DNA of 64,000 nt from Candidatus Heimdallarchaeota archaeon. Lineage in GTDB: Archaea > Asgardarchaeota > Heimdallarchaeia > Heimdallarchaeales > Heimdallarchaeaceae. Below the pieces are notes generated by a model, which saw only the letters and a program-made list of their open reading frames with translations, had not been told where the DNA came from and did no database searches. The stretch is taken from contig JAUVXV010000007.1 in assembly GCA_030603365.1 (NCBI GenBank), positions 64,001-128,000 of the forward strand. The letters run 5' to 3'. Shown in pieces: positions 28,788-37,211 of this stretch. Made by a program: the position numbers and the translations under genes. Positions within the stretch are counted from its first letter, which is position 1. Each line of letters starts with the position of its first letter.

Positions 28788-30194
28788 TTAGAGCAGATAG
28801 TCCAAAAGAGGGTTTCTTCTTACTGCCATTTCTAATGCTTTCTTAATAAAAGTTGAAGAATATCCTGATTGAGAACTTATCTCTTTCAATTTCTGTTTAC
28901 CTTTTACTTCATCTACTAAACTAATTGATGTCATATCAAGAGAAAGTGCTACTAGTTTTTCCAGATCTAGAGCTATTTTTGTAACTATTTCTGCTATTGA
29001 TAGTTTCTTTATTGTATCAAATAATTTTTTGAAATGATGGCTTGATTTAGCTCCAGTAACTCGACTATTTACTAGATTGATGCATACATCTGTTTCCTTA
29101 ATTGTTTCACTACTTAGGAGCGCGTTATAAATTTCTGTAGACATTCCACACATTCTAGCCGAAAGATCACACTTTCCATTTTGAGAAAAATCGTCAGCAG
29201 ATATCCACAAATTGACAGAAGTTTGTAGGTGCTGTGTGAATATGGACATAGAATCAATAACAAGTTTTACTGTTGGTTTATCTCCTACAATGAAAATTGG
29301 TTCTCCAATAACTGCAGAATAAATTGCTTTATCAAGATTACGTCCTACAGTTCTAACTAAGAATGAAGGAGATAAATCCTCTAGATTTATTCTTGATAAT
29401 CGATTTCCTGGATCATCGATGTCTTTTAACGTGTTTAATATGCGTTCCATACTCAAAATTTCTTTGTCTTCTGACATTACTGAAAGCATTCTATCCATCA
29501 TAGTAAACAGCCTGAATAACACCAAATCTAATTCACGTGATATCTTTAAAATTCCTACACGAGAAGTTTTTCCATCTGTGTCAATAACAGTATATGTAGT
29601 ACTCTTTTCTTCAGGTATATGTGTTAGTATTCCTTTTAACCCATTAATACATTTTTCATTTGCTTTTAAGGTATCAAGCATCAATGCAATTGTTGGTATA
29701 AATGATCCGGAACCCACCTTATCTTTAATTTCCCAACCTTTGTCTGTATGAAATAATGTGAAATAAGCACTTTCTGACATTTTTAGAGGTTGTTCAGTGA
29801 TTGAATAATGTAATAATTGAACACCTTGTAGACATTTATCTAGAATTATAGCAGCTTCTCCTTCAGTTATTATATTTGGGTCAACTCCTTCTAGAATTGG
29901 TTCTGTACATTCTTTTAACTGTTGGAGTAATTGTCCAAGCTTTTGTTCAGAAAGTGTTGCTTCTTCATCAATAGTTTCCAAAATTAAGACGAATTCGTGT
30001 ACTCTTACAAATGAAACAGTACGATCATGATAAGAGATAGACTGTAATTCTCTATGATGTACTTCTTTAGAAAAAGAAATCAATGCTGTCATTAAGCCTG
30101 TTGCTAAAATCTGTCTTGTATCATCTACAGCTTCAGGTTTTGAAGCTAGAAGTATACCTGAAGAAGTAACAAGAGATATCTTAATGTTTAGCAT
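28788..30194 (-). CDS. Longin + cDENN/dDENN-like protein, paralogue A
   Basis: SGILLA...LATGLMTALISFSKEV longin motif; NLDKAIYSAVIGEPIFIVGDKPTVKLVIDSMSIF; CGM; helical C-terminus ending RNPLL. Confidence 0.65.
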   Translation of the reverse strand: MLNIKISLVTSSGILLASKPEAVDDTRQILATGLMTALISFSKEVHHRELQSISYHDRTVSFVRVHEFVLILETIDEEATLSEQKLGQLLQQLKECTEPILEGVDPNIITEGEAAIILDKCLQGVQLLHYSITEQPLKMSESAYFTLFHTDKGWEIKDKVGSGSFIPTIALMLDTLKANEKCINGLKGILTHIPEEKSTTYTVIDTDGKTSRVGILKISRELDLVLFRLFTMMDRMLSVMSEDKEILSMERILNTLKDIDDPGNRLSRINLEDLSPSFLVRTVGRNLDKAIYSAVIGEPIFIVGDKPTVKLVIDSMSIFTQHLQTSVNLWISADDFSQNGKCDLSARMCGMSTEIYNALLSSETIKETDVCINLVNSRVTGAKSSHHFKKLFDTIKKLSIAEIVTKIALDLEKLVALSLDMTSISLVDEVKGKQKLKEISSQSGYSSTFIKKALEMAVRRNPLLDYLL

Positions 30195-30299
30195 TAGGTG
30201 GTTTTAGAAATTAGTTATATAAATAAATTTACTTTAGACTAAGAGCAGAAAAATCAAGTTAGTATTAATAATAATTGAAGAAAAAGATAGAAAATAAAC

Positions 30300-30485
30300 T
30301 TATTTCATGTTCTTTTCTTGATTTCGTTTATCACGAATCTCATCTAGTACTTCAAGAGTGATGGTAGCTACACCTCTCTCCTTAGCTTGTTCTACTATTT
30401 GAGTCATAGCTTTTTTCAAGAAAACCCTAGTAATAGTGACTATTTTTGCGCAAGCTTTATCTGTCCAATAAACCTCGGAATCTAG
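30300..30485 (-). pseudogene. PCP_red-like (protochlorophyllide reductase C-terminal type) small domain with no in-frame start
   Basis: DSEVYWTDKACAKI...VFLKKAMTQIVEQAKERGVATITLEVLDEIR fits W..eA..........A.e.G...IT.e. Bounded upstream by TGA with no ATG/GTG/TTG. Confidence 0.45.
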
Positions 30486-30501
30486 TCACTTGTCAATATT
30501 A

Positions 30502-31335
30502 TCAGTTCTTAGTATTTTGTTGATATTGCATTTCAAACCAAGATTTCTTTCGTATCAACTTTCTGTACCAAGCTGGCATTACCCACCCAAGATACATTGC
30601 AACATAAGCTGTTGCATATGAGATTGCTCGAAAAGCTGAAATTGTAATCATCAAAGCTGGAATATTAGGAATACTACCATGCAAAGCTGAAAACAACCAC
30701 GCTAATAGATATAAAAACACTCCAACACTAATTGTTTGTAATCCTCTCTTTCTAATAGGGTGATCTGATTTTCTTGCAAGCCTAAAAGCTCTAAATCCTA
30801 TTCTACCTGTAACAAAAATTGAGACTACTATTTGGACTAAAAGGATGGGCCAAGTATATGAAATTGCAAATACATTCTTAGTGATGTAGGTTGGTTCAGA
30901 ATACAATGAATGTGTATATATATTATCATAAGCAATTACAGCAGTAACAATACCATAAACTACCATTATTACAGCAAAAATATAGGTTTTGATAATTTCA
31001 TTATCTTTTAAAATATGTCTACAGCCAAAGAAATAGAGAAATGCAAATGCAGGGAGGATAATTAATGGAGTTAAAGACCCTATCTGATAAATAGTATCAG
31101 TCATCACACCTTCATTGTAAATGAGCGAAATACGGTATGCAATACTAAAAGCTGATGCTAAAGAAAATAGGAAGTAGGATGAAAGTAACATGAATGTGCC
31201 TACAGTTTTCTTGCGAAAGAAGTTGACTAAGAGCGTGATAACTAGTGCTAGACTGAAAGCCATGTTTATTACAGATGTAATAATTATGAAAAATGATGCA
31301 GGTTCTATTGCTGAAAGATCTACCATCATCATCAC
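30502..31335 (-). CDS. Seven-transmembrane receptor-like protein
   Basis: Seven hydrophobic helices, basic loop RAFRLARKSDHPIRKRG between TM5 and TM6, YLGWVMPAWYRK after TM7. The start abuts the GTPase stop. Confidence 0.75.
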   Translation of the reverse strand: MMMMVDLSAIEPASFFIIITSVINMAFSLALVITLLVNFFRKKTVGTFMLLSSYFLFSLASAFSIAYRISLIYNEGVMTDTIYQIGSLTPLIILPAFAFLYFFGCRHILKDNEIIKTYIFAVIMVVYGIVTAVIAYDNIYTHSLYSEPTYITKNVFAISYTWPILLVQIVVSIFVTGRIGFRAFRLARKSDHPIRKRGLQTISVGVFLYLLAWLFSALHGSIPNIPALMITISAFRAISYATAYVAMYLGWVMPAWYRKLIRKKSWFEMQYQQNTKN

Positions 31336-31860
31336 CTAGACAAACTCATCAACAAACCATTTGAAGGCATTGAATATTCCTTCTCCTGTCTTTGCTGAGG
31401 TTTCAAAAACTGCCCATTTAAAAGGTAAATCCAACAACTTGAATTCTTCAATAAAGAGTGATTTTTCTATAACATCAGATTCATCACTCTTATTGAGTAA
31501 AATTAATATTATCAAATCTTGATCCAATTGTGCGTGAATGGTTTGTTCAAACACATCCTTTGCCTCATCAAATCTCATAATATTAGATCGATCAATAACG
31601 AATACAATTCCATCAGATTTTTCGTTGATATTGTGCCACATATTTCTGAAATCTTCCTGACCAGCTAAATCAAAAACGTTAATTTGTAAATTTGGTAAGT
31701 GTAAGGTTTCTCTATTCACACCCATAGTTGGAGTTGTTTCAACGAATTCACCAGTTTCTAGAAACTTTAGTATAGTTGTTTTACCAGCATCATCTAGACC
31801 ACAGATTGTTATATCTGCATGTTTTGTTCTGCTTCGAAATAGGTTTAGTAAGAACGACAT
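31336..31860 (-). CDS. Arf-family (ArfR-like) small GTPase
   Basis: Amphipathic N-terminus MSFLLNLFR, G1 GLDDAGKTT, G2 PTMG, G3 FDLAGQEDFRNMW, G4 NKSD, G5 ETSAK. Confidence 0.92.
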   Translation of the reverse strand: MSFLLNLFRSRTKHADITICGLDDAGKTTILKFLETGEFVETTPTMGVNRETLHLPNLQINVFDLAGQEDFRNMWHNINEKSDGIVFVIDRSNIMRFDEAKDVFEQTIHAQLDQDLIILILLNKSDESDVIEKSLFIEEFKLLDLPFKWAVFETSAKTGEGIFNAFKWFVDEFV

Positions 31861-31873
31861 ATTTTTCCCTCAA

Positions 31874-32368
31874 CTAATCCCACAAATCATCAGATAGCTT
31901 ATCTATCGCATTACCATTCTTGTCATTTCCTTGTTTTGGAAAATCAAATTTTATGGTTGACGTAGAAGTTATCTCTATTTTGAACTGTCCTTTGCTAAAT
32001 CCTTTGTAAAGTTTCGGTAAAATTCCTTCCAAAGTACTGGTTGCCAATAGATCTTTCTTTTCAAGTTCTGTTACTACCCAAGAGAACACTTGTTTAATAG
32101 AAGTAGCATCATAATCAGTCGTATTGAATACAGCAACTAATGAAGCAAGATTATCTCTTTGATCAGCAGTAGGTATGCGAAATATATAACTTGTCAAATT
32201 TAGATCATTAAAAGTCGTTGAAGCAAAATCCCCTGGGTTTGATCCCATCGGGATAGTTTTGTAAACAAGCTGACTCATTGAATCAGTAGGTATAACATCG
32301 GGGAAAGATTTGACTAACTCTAATCCCCTTGCGCCCATATTAATTAGACATAAACTTAATGGTTTCAC
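31874..32368 (-). CDS. Stand-alone uDENN/longin-like protein
   Basis: LCLINMGARGLELVKSFP (beta1-beta2), then YIFRIPTADQRDNLASLVAVF (beta4-loop-beta5), then helices. Ends 13 nt upstream of the GTPase. Confidence 0.55.
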   Translation of the reverse strand: MKPLSLCLINMGARGLELVKSFPDVIPTDSMSQLVYKTIPMGSNPGDFASTTFNDLNLTSYIFRIPTADQRDNLASLVAVFNTTDYDATSIKQVFSWVVTELEKKDLLATSTLEGILPKLYKGFSKGQFKIEITSTSTIKFDFPKQGNDKNGNAIDKLSDDLWD

Positions 32369-32476
32369 TCAAATCCCCTTACTATTACTCAAAACAGTTC
32401 ATCCGTTTAAATATCTTTTTAAAACTGCAAAACGCTATTTCTAAGGGGTTTATCCGCGATTTCAAGCATTTTCGAA

Positions 32477-32532
32477 TGTGCAGAGAAATGCACAATTGAC
32501 GTTTTATTGAACGATGTTCAGTCTAATGCACA
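32477..32532. promoter_or_regulatory. Two palindromic sites TGT(G/T)CA-N6-TGCACA in the divergent promoter region
   Basis: TGTGCA-gagaaa-TGCACA at 32477-32494 and TGTTCA-gtctaa-TGCACA at 32515-32532. Confidence 0.5.
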
Positions 32533-32806
32533 AATTTAATTTTATTGACTTTAAAAAAACAATAAAAAGAATAATGAAATAGCTAATATATTAGCAGATA
32601 GCACATTCATTTAATTGTTTAGTTAATTTTTTTAGGATTACAGAGCCCACATACTTACAAAATTCTTAGGTTTGAAGTAGTCTGCTGACAAAAAAAATTA
32701 GTGCAGTTTTCCTAAACAAACTCACGTTGATTGGATAGCTTTATAAATTTCTTAGGAAGAAATGTGTTTGGTTAAAGATTTAATTTTAACTGAATGGTGA
32801 AATTAA

Positions 32807-34225
32807 ATGGAAAAAGATTATGTTTTTGATCTATTAAACAAAGCAGTTGATCAAGGTCATAAACTTGGTGCAGACTTTTTAGAAGCTAGATATGATGATT
32901 TACAATTAACTACAATAAATTTAACAAATGATATCATTAAACAATCCTCTTCTATAAATAGAAAAGGTATTGGTGTTATGGCTTATTATCAAGGTACACC
33001 AGGTTATAGTTTTACTCCTGAATTAAGTTCAGAAGGTGTGGCAGAAGCTACAAAGAAAGCAGTAAAACTAGCAAAGTCAACTGATATAAGAAATAAGCTT
33101 AAGCTTGATTTTGATAAGATTAAACCAATCAAAGATCATATAGAAGTTAAAGCTAAAAAACATCCAAAAGACTATGAATTTGATGATAAACTCGCTATGC
33201 TAAAACGAGGAGTTTCAGCCATCAAAGAACAAGTAGATGCAACAAGTACTACTGGAATGTATGGAGAGATGTATGGTGAAAAGTTCTTCATTAATTCTGA
33301 AGGATCTGAGATTTATTGGGTTCCAATGATTGTTGACATGAGAATGGTTGCTGTTCTAATTAGTGAAGGACAACAAGCAATGGGTGCAGAAGGAATAGGA
33401 GCTTCTAAAGGTCTTGAGCACTTTGATGAAAAAGGACGTTCTCCAGAAGACTTCGGAACTATTGCAGGAAAAGACTGTAAAGATTCTTTGAACGCTGTTG
33501 CAGCTCCTACTGGCAAAACAACAACTCTTGTATCTCCTCAAATGGGAGGAGTAGTTGTTCATGAATCATTTGGTCATTTATCAGAAGCAGACTTTGTTGT
33601 TACTGGTCAATCTCCAATTGCAGATAGAGTGGGTGAACAACTTGGAAGTGAGCATGTTACAATTATCGATGAAGGCGTTCCTGAACAAGGAGGTTTGTTC
33701 TTTCCATATGATGATCAAGGAACTAAAACTGGAAAAACCGTTCTAGTTGAAGATGGAATTCTGAAAGGATATCTTCATAATAGAGGTACTGCTAAGAAAA
33801 TGAACTCTGAATTAACTGGAAACTGCAGGGCAATAAACTTCTTGTATAATCCTATAGTACGAATGAAAAATACTTACTTTGGAGCAGGAAATCTAACTTT
33901 TGAAGAAGCTCTAGAAGAAGTAGGTACAGGAATATATGCAGTAGATATGTCTGGAGGACAAGTTGGATTAGATGGAAACTTCATGTTCAATTGTCGCAAA
34001 GGATATCTCATCGAAAATGGAGAGATAACTAAACCCATAAAAAATTCCTCTTTATCTGGAAATATTTTAGAATTACTCAAATATATTAAAGGTGCAACCA
34101 AAGATATTGAAATTCGAACTGGTTATTTTGGTGGATGTGGTAAAAATGGTCAAAATGGTTTACCTGTTGGTTTAGGTGGTCCTAATGTAATTATGGATCA
34201 AGTTCTTGTTGGAGGTGCTCAATAA
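32807..34225 (+). CDS. tldD: TldD metalloprotease subunit, copy 1
   Basis: HESFGHLSEAD (HExxxH), YDDQG, RMKNTY, GGCGK..Q..PVG.GGP. Confidence 0.92.
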   Translation: MEKDYVFDLLNKAVDQGHKLGADFLEARYDDLQLTTINLTNDIIKQSSSINRKGIGVMAYYQGTPGYSFTPELSSEGVAEATKKAVKLAKSTDIRNKLKLDFDKIKPIKDHIEVKAKKHPKDYEFDDKLAMLKRGVSAIKEQVDATSTTGMYGEMYGEKFFINSEGSEIYWVPMIVDMRMVAVLISEGQQAMGAEGIGASKGLEHFDEKGRSPEDFGTIAGKDCKDSLNAVAAPTGKTTTLVSPQMGGVVVHESFGHLSEADFVVTGQSPIADRVGEQLGSEHVTIIDEGVPEQGGLFFPYDDQGTKTGKTVLVEDGILKGYLHNRGTAKKMNSELTGNCRAINFLYNPIVRMKNTYFGAGNLTFEEALEEVGTGIYAVDMSGGQVGLDGNFMFNCRKGYLIENGEITKPIKNSSLSGNILELLKYIKGATKDIEIRTGYFGGCGKNGQNGLPVGLGGPNVIMDQVLVGGAQ

Positions 34226-35601
34226 TGTCCTTAGATGATCTTAGAAATAAAATTTTGAATATTGCCGATACAACTATTAAACACTCTAGAGACTTAAATA
34301 TTCCCTCAACAGAAGTATTTGTTCTAGAACAATCTACAACAAACTTAACCGATAATAAAGGTAAAGTTGATAGTAGAGATGGATTAGTTCAAGGAATAGG
34401 TATCAGAGTAGCAGTAGGTAAGAAACTAGGATTTGCAAGTTGTACAGGATTTGATGAAGAAACAATTAAATCCACTCTTAAACAAGCTCACAGTATTGCC
34501 AATGTAAGTCCTGAAAATCCAATGTTCAATGGTTTTGTAGCTGAAACCAAAATGTCAAAAGAAGGTATTTTAGACCCAGATATCCCACATCTTGATGCAG
34601 ATGATCTAATCGAGAAATGCAATATTATGAATCAAGAAGTTGATCTAAGTGACAGAAGGATTATTTCAGGAAGTTTTGGTGCTAATATTGCATATCAGGG
34701 ATTTGCAATTGCAACTACTGAAGGATGCTTAGCTTCTTCTCTTCAAACAACATTTGGAGCTAATTCTTACTTTGTTGTTACTGATGCTGGAGACCGAAAA
34801 ACAGCTCAAGATTTTGTAGCAGCAAGGAAAGTAGAATCAGTTGAAGGAATTGCTCCTAAAGCACTCAATAAAGCAATTAGTTCCTTGGGATCCAAAGCTT
34901 TTGGAGGATCAGAAGTTCTACCAACCATTTGGGAACCTCGTGAATCTGCTCCATTTCTAGCATTTGCATTTTTCAATGTTTTCTCAGGATCTGCTTATGT
35001 AGAAAAAAGCAATCCATGGAAAGAAAAATTGAATGAAAAGGTGGCTGTAAAAGAATTGACTGTTATTGATGATGGTCAAAAACCTGATACTGAAGCTTGT
35101 CAATCTATTGATGCTGAAGGTACTCCAAAACAAACAACTGCTATCATAGAAGATGGAGTATTGAAGACTTTTCTATTTAATAAAATGTACGGAGATGCTG
35201 CTGGTTTTAGTACTACAGGAAATGCACAGCGAGGAGGAATCTTTGGTGGCACACCTTACGAAAATATACCTGTTGTAGGACCAAATCAGATGATGATTAA
35301 AGAAGTCGCAAAAAACCTTGAAGAACAGATCTCAGAAATAGATAAAGGAATTCTTATTACTGGAACACCAATTGGGTTGTTTACAGCTAATCCTGTTACA
35401 GGTGACTTCAGTGTTACATGCAATGATACATTTCTAATTGAAAAAGGAGAAAAAGTTCATCCTCTGAAATCTATAAGTATTGCAGGGAACTACTTTGAGA
35501 CCTTGAATAATATCCGTTTCATTGGAAATGACACAGAACAATCTGGATGGCCGATTGATGCTCCAAGTATGACCTTTCTGAACCATACAATCTCAGATTA
35601 A
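34225..35601 (+). CDS. tldE: TldE/PmbA subunit, copy 1
   Basis: GIGIRV, DAEG.P, TGNA.R, TGDFS, SIAGN; no HExxxH. Confidence 0.88.
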   Translation: MSLDDLRNKILNIADTTIKHSRDLNIPSTEVFVLEQSTTNLTDNKGKVDSRDGLVQGIGIRVAVGKKLGFASCTGFDEETIKSTLKQAHSIANVSPENPMFNGFVAETKMSKEGILDPDIPHLDADDLIEKCNIMNQEVDLSDRRIISGSFGANIAYQGFAIATTEGCLASSLQTTFGANSYFVVTDAGDRKTAQDFVAARKVESVEGIAPKALNKAISSLGSKAFGGSEVLPTIWEPRESAPFLAFAFFNVFSGSAYVEKSNPWKEKLNEKVAVKELTVIDDGQKPDTEACQSIDAEGTPKQTTAIIEDGVLKTFLFNKMYGDAAGFSTTGNAQRGGIFGGTPYENIPVVGPNQMMIKEVAKNLEEQISEIDKGILITGTPIGLFTANPVTGDFSVTCNDTFLIEKGEKVHPLKSISIAGNYFETLNNIRFIGNDTEQSGWPIDAPSMTFLNHTISD

Positions 35602-35785
35602 ATTCTTCTTTTCCTTTCTTTTTTTATTATTTAACCAATCGGTTTTGAATAATTTTATAAATATCCTAAGCATGAAAATTTCAATCCTAATCATGTTTAC
35701 AAATATTCTTAACATGATAATGTGACCGACTTGTGACCAGTTACTTAAAGTAAAGTGCTCAAACAAGTACTTATAGAAACACAAG

Positions 35786-37210
35786 GTGAAAATAGTGGAA
35801 AATGATTATGTTTTTGATCTATTACATAAAGCAGTTGATCAAGGTCATAAACTAGGTGCAGATTTTGTAGAGGCAAGGTACGATGATTTAACCTTAACAA
35901 CTATAAACTATACAAATGAAAAGGTTCGAGAATCTTCTACTAAACAACGTAGAGGAATAGGTGTTATGACATATGTCAAGGGTTCTCCCGGATATTCATT
36001 TACACCAGACATAACTTCAGAAGCAATTCAAGAAACCACAAAACGGTCTCTTGGGATAGCAAAAGCTACTGAACCTCTTTTAACTTTTAAGCACATTTAT
36101 GATGATCGATCTTCGATCAAAGATTCAATTGTAAAGAAAGTAAAAATTCATCCTAAGGAAGTTGAATTTGACGAAAAACTTGACATGCTTAAGCGTGGAA
36201 TAGCTAACGCTAAGGATCAGGTTGATGCTCAATCTACAACAGGTATGTGGGGAGAACTCTGGGGAGATAAATTATTTGTAAACTCTGAACAATCTGAGAT
36301 TTATTGGACCCCACTCTTGTTTGATCTACGTATAATGGCAGTTGCTATGACTGAAACTTCTCAAGCTCGTGGTTCTGATGGAGTAGGACAATCTCAAGGG
36401 ATGGAATATTTTGATATTGAAGCTCACAGCCCTGAAACTCTAGGAACCAATGCTGGTAAATGGTGCAAAGAGCAAATTGATGCTGTTTCTGCTCCACCAG
36501 GAAAACATAGAGCTTTAGTAGGACCAAGAATGGCAGGTGTTCTTGCACATGAAAGTTTTGGTCACCTCTCTGAAACTGATTTTGTTATTACTGGTATGTC
36601 TCCAATTTCAGATAGAGTAGGAGAACAACTTGGAACTGAGCATGCGACTATCATTGATGAAGGTATTACAAAAGAAGGTGGATTCTTCTTACCTTATGAT
36701 GATCAAGGAACTAAAACTGGAAAAACCGTTCTAATGGACAAGGGTATGCTACTGGGTTATCTACATGATAGAAGTACAGCTAATAAAATGAATACTGAAC
36801 CTACTGGAAATTCTAGAGCTATTACTTTTATGTTCCCATCGATACCAAGAATGAAAAATACTTATTTCAAGCCTGGAAACATAAGTTTTGATGAAGCTGT
36901 AGAACAAGTTGGAGATGGTCTCTATACAGCTGGAACTTCAGGAGGTCAAACAGACCTTGATGGTACATTTCTGTTCAAATGTAGTCGTGGATACCTGATT
37001 GAAAATGGCGAGATTACCAAACCTATCAAAGATGCTGCACTCTCAGGTCAAATTCTAGAATTCATTCAACAAATTAGTGGAGTTACAAATGAGATGGACA
37101 TATTTACTAGTTACTTTGGCGGATGCGGAAAAGGTGGTCAATATCCTCTTCCAGTTGGATTAGGTGGACCTAGTCTGGTTGTTGATGAGGTTTTAGTTGG
37201 TGGTGAATGA
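35786..37210 (+). CDS. tldD: TldD metalloprotease subunit, copy 2
   Basis: HESFGHLSETD, RMKNTY, GGCGKGGQ.PLPVG.GGP. Confidence 0.92.
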   Translation: MKIVENDYVFDLLHKAVDQGHKLGADFVEARYDDLTLTTINYTNEKVRESSTKQRRGIGVMTYVKGSPGYSFTPDITSEAIQETTKRSLGIAKATEPLLTFKHIYDDRSSIKDSIVKKVKIHPKEVEFDEKLDMLKRGIANAKDQVDAQSTTGMWGELWGDKLFVNSEQSEIYWTPLLFDLRIMAVAMTETSQARGSDGVGQSQGMEYFDIEAHSPETLGTNAGKWCKEQIDAVSAPPGKHRALVGPRMAGVLAHESFGHLSETDFVITGMSPISDRVGEQLGTEHATIIDEGITKEGGFFLPYDDQGTKTGKTVLMDKGMLLGYLHDRSTANKMNTEPTGNSRAITFMFPSIPRMKNTYFKPGNISFDEAVEQVGDGLYTAGTSGGQTDLDGTFLFKCSRGYLIENGEITKPIKDAALSGQILEFIQQISGVTNEMDIFTSYFGGCGKGGQYPLPVGLGGPSLVVDEVLVGGE

Positions 37211-37211
37211 A

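Noticed and set aside
30300-30485. Photosynthesis-related gene
   Set aside because: The small PCP_red-like domain is widespread in non-phototrophs, and no bch/chl genes are present.
30502-31335. 7TM protein as a microbial rhodopsin or heliorhodopsin
   Set aside because: No Lys in helix 7 (no DxxxK/SxxxK retinal-binding motif).
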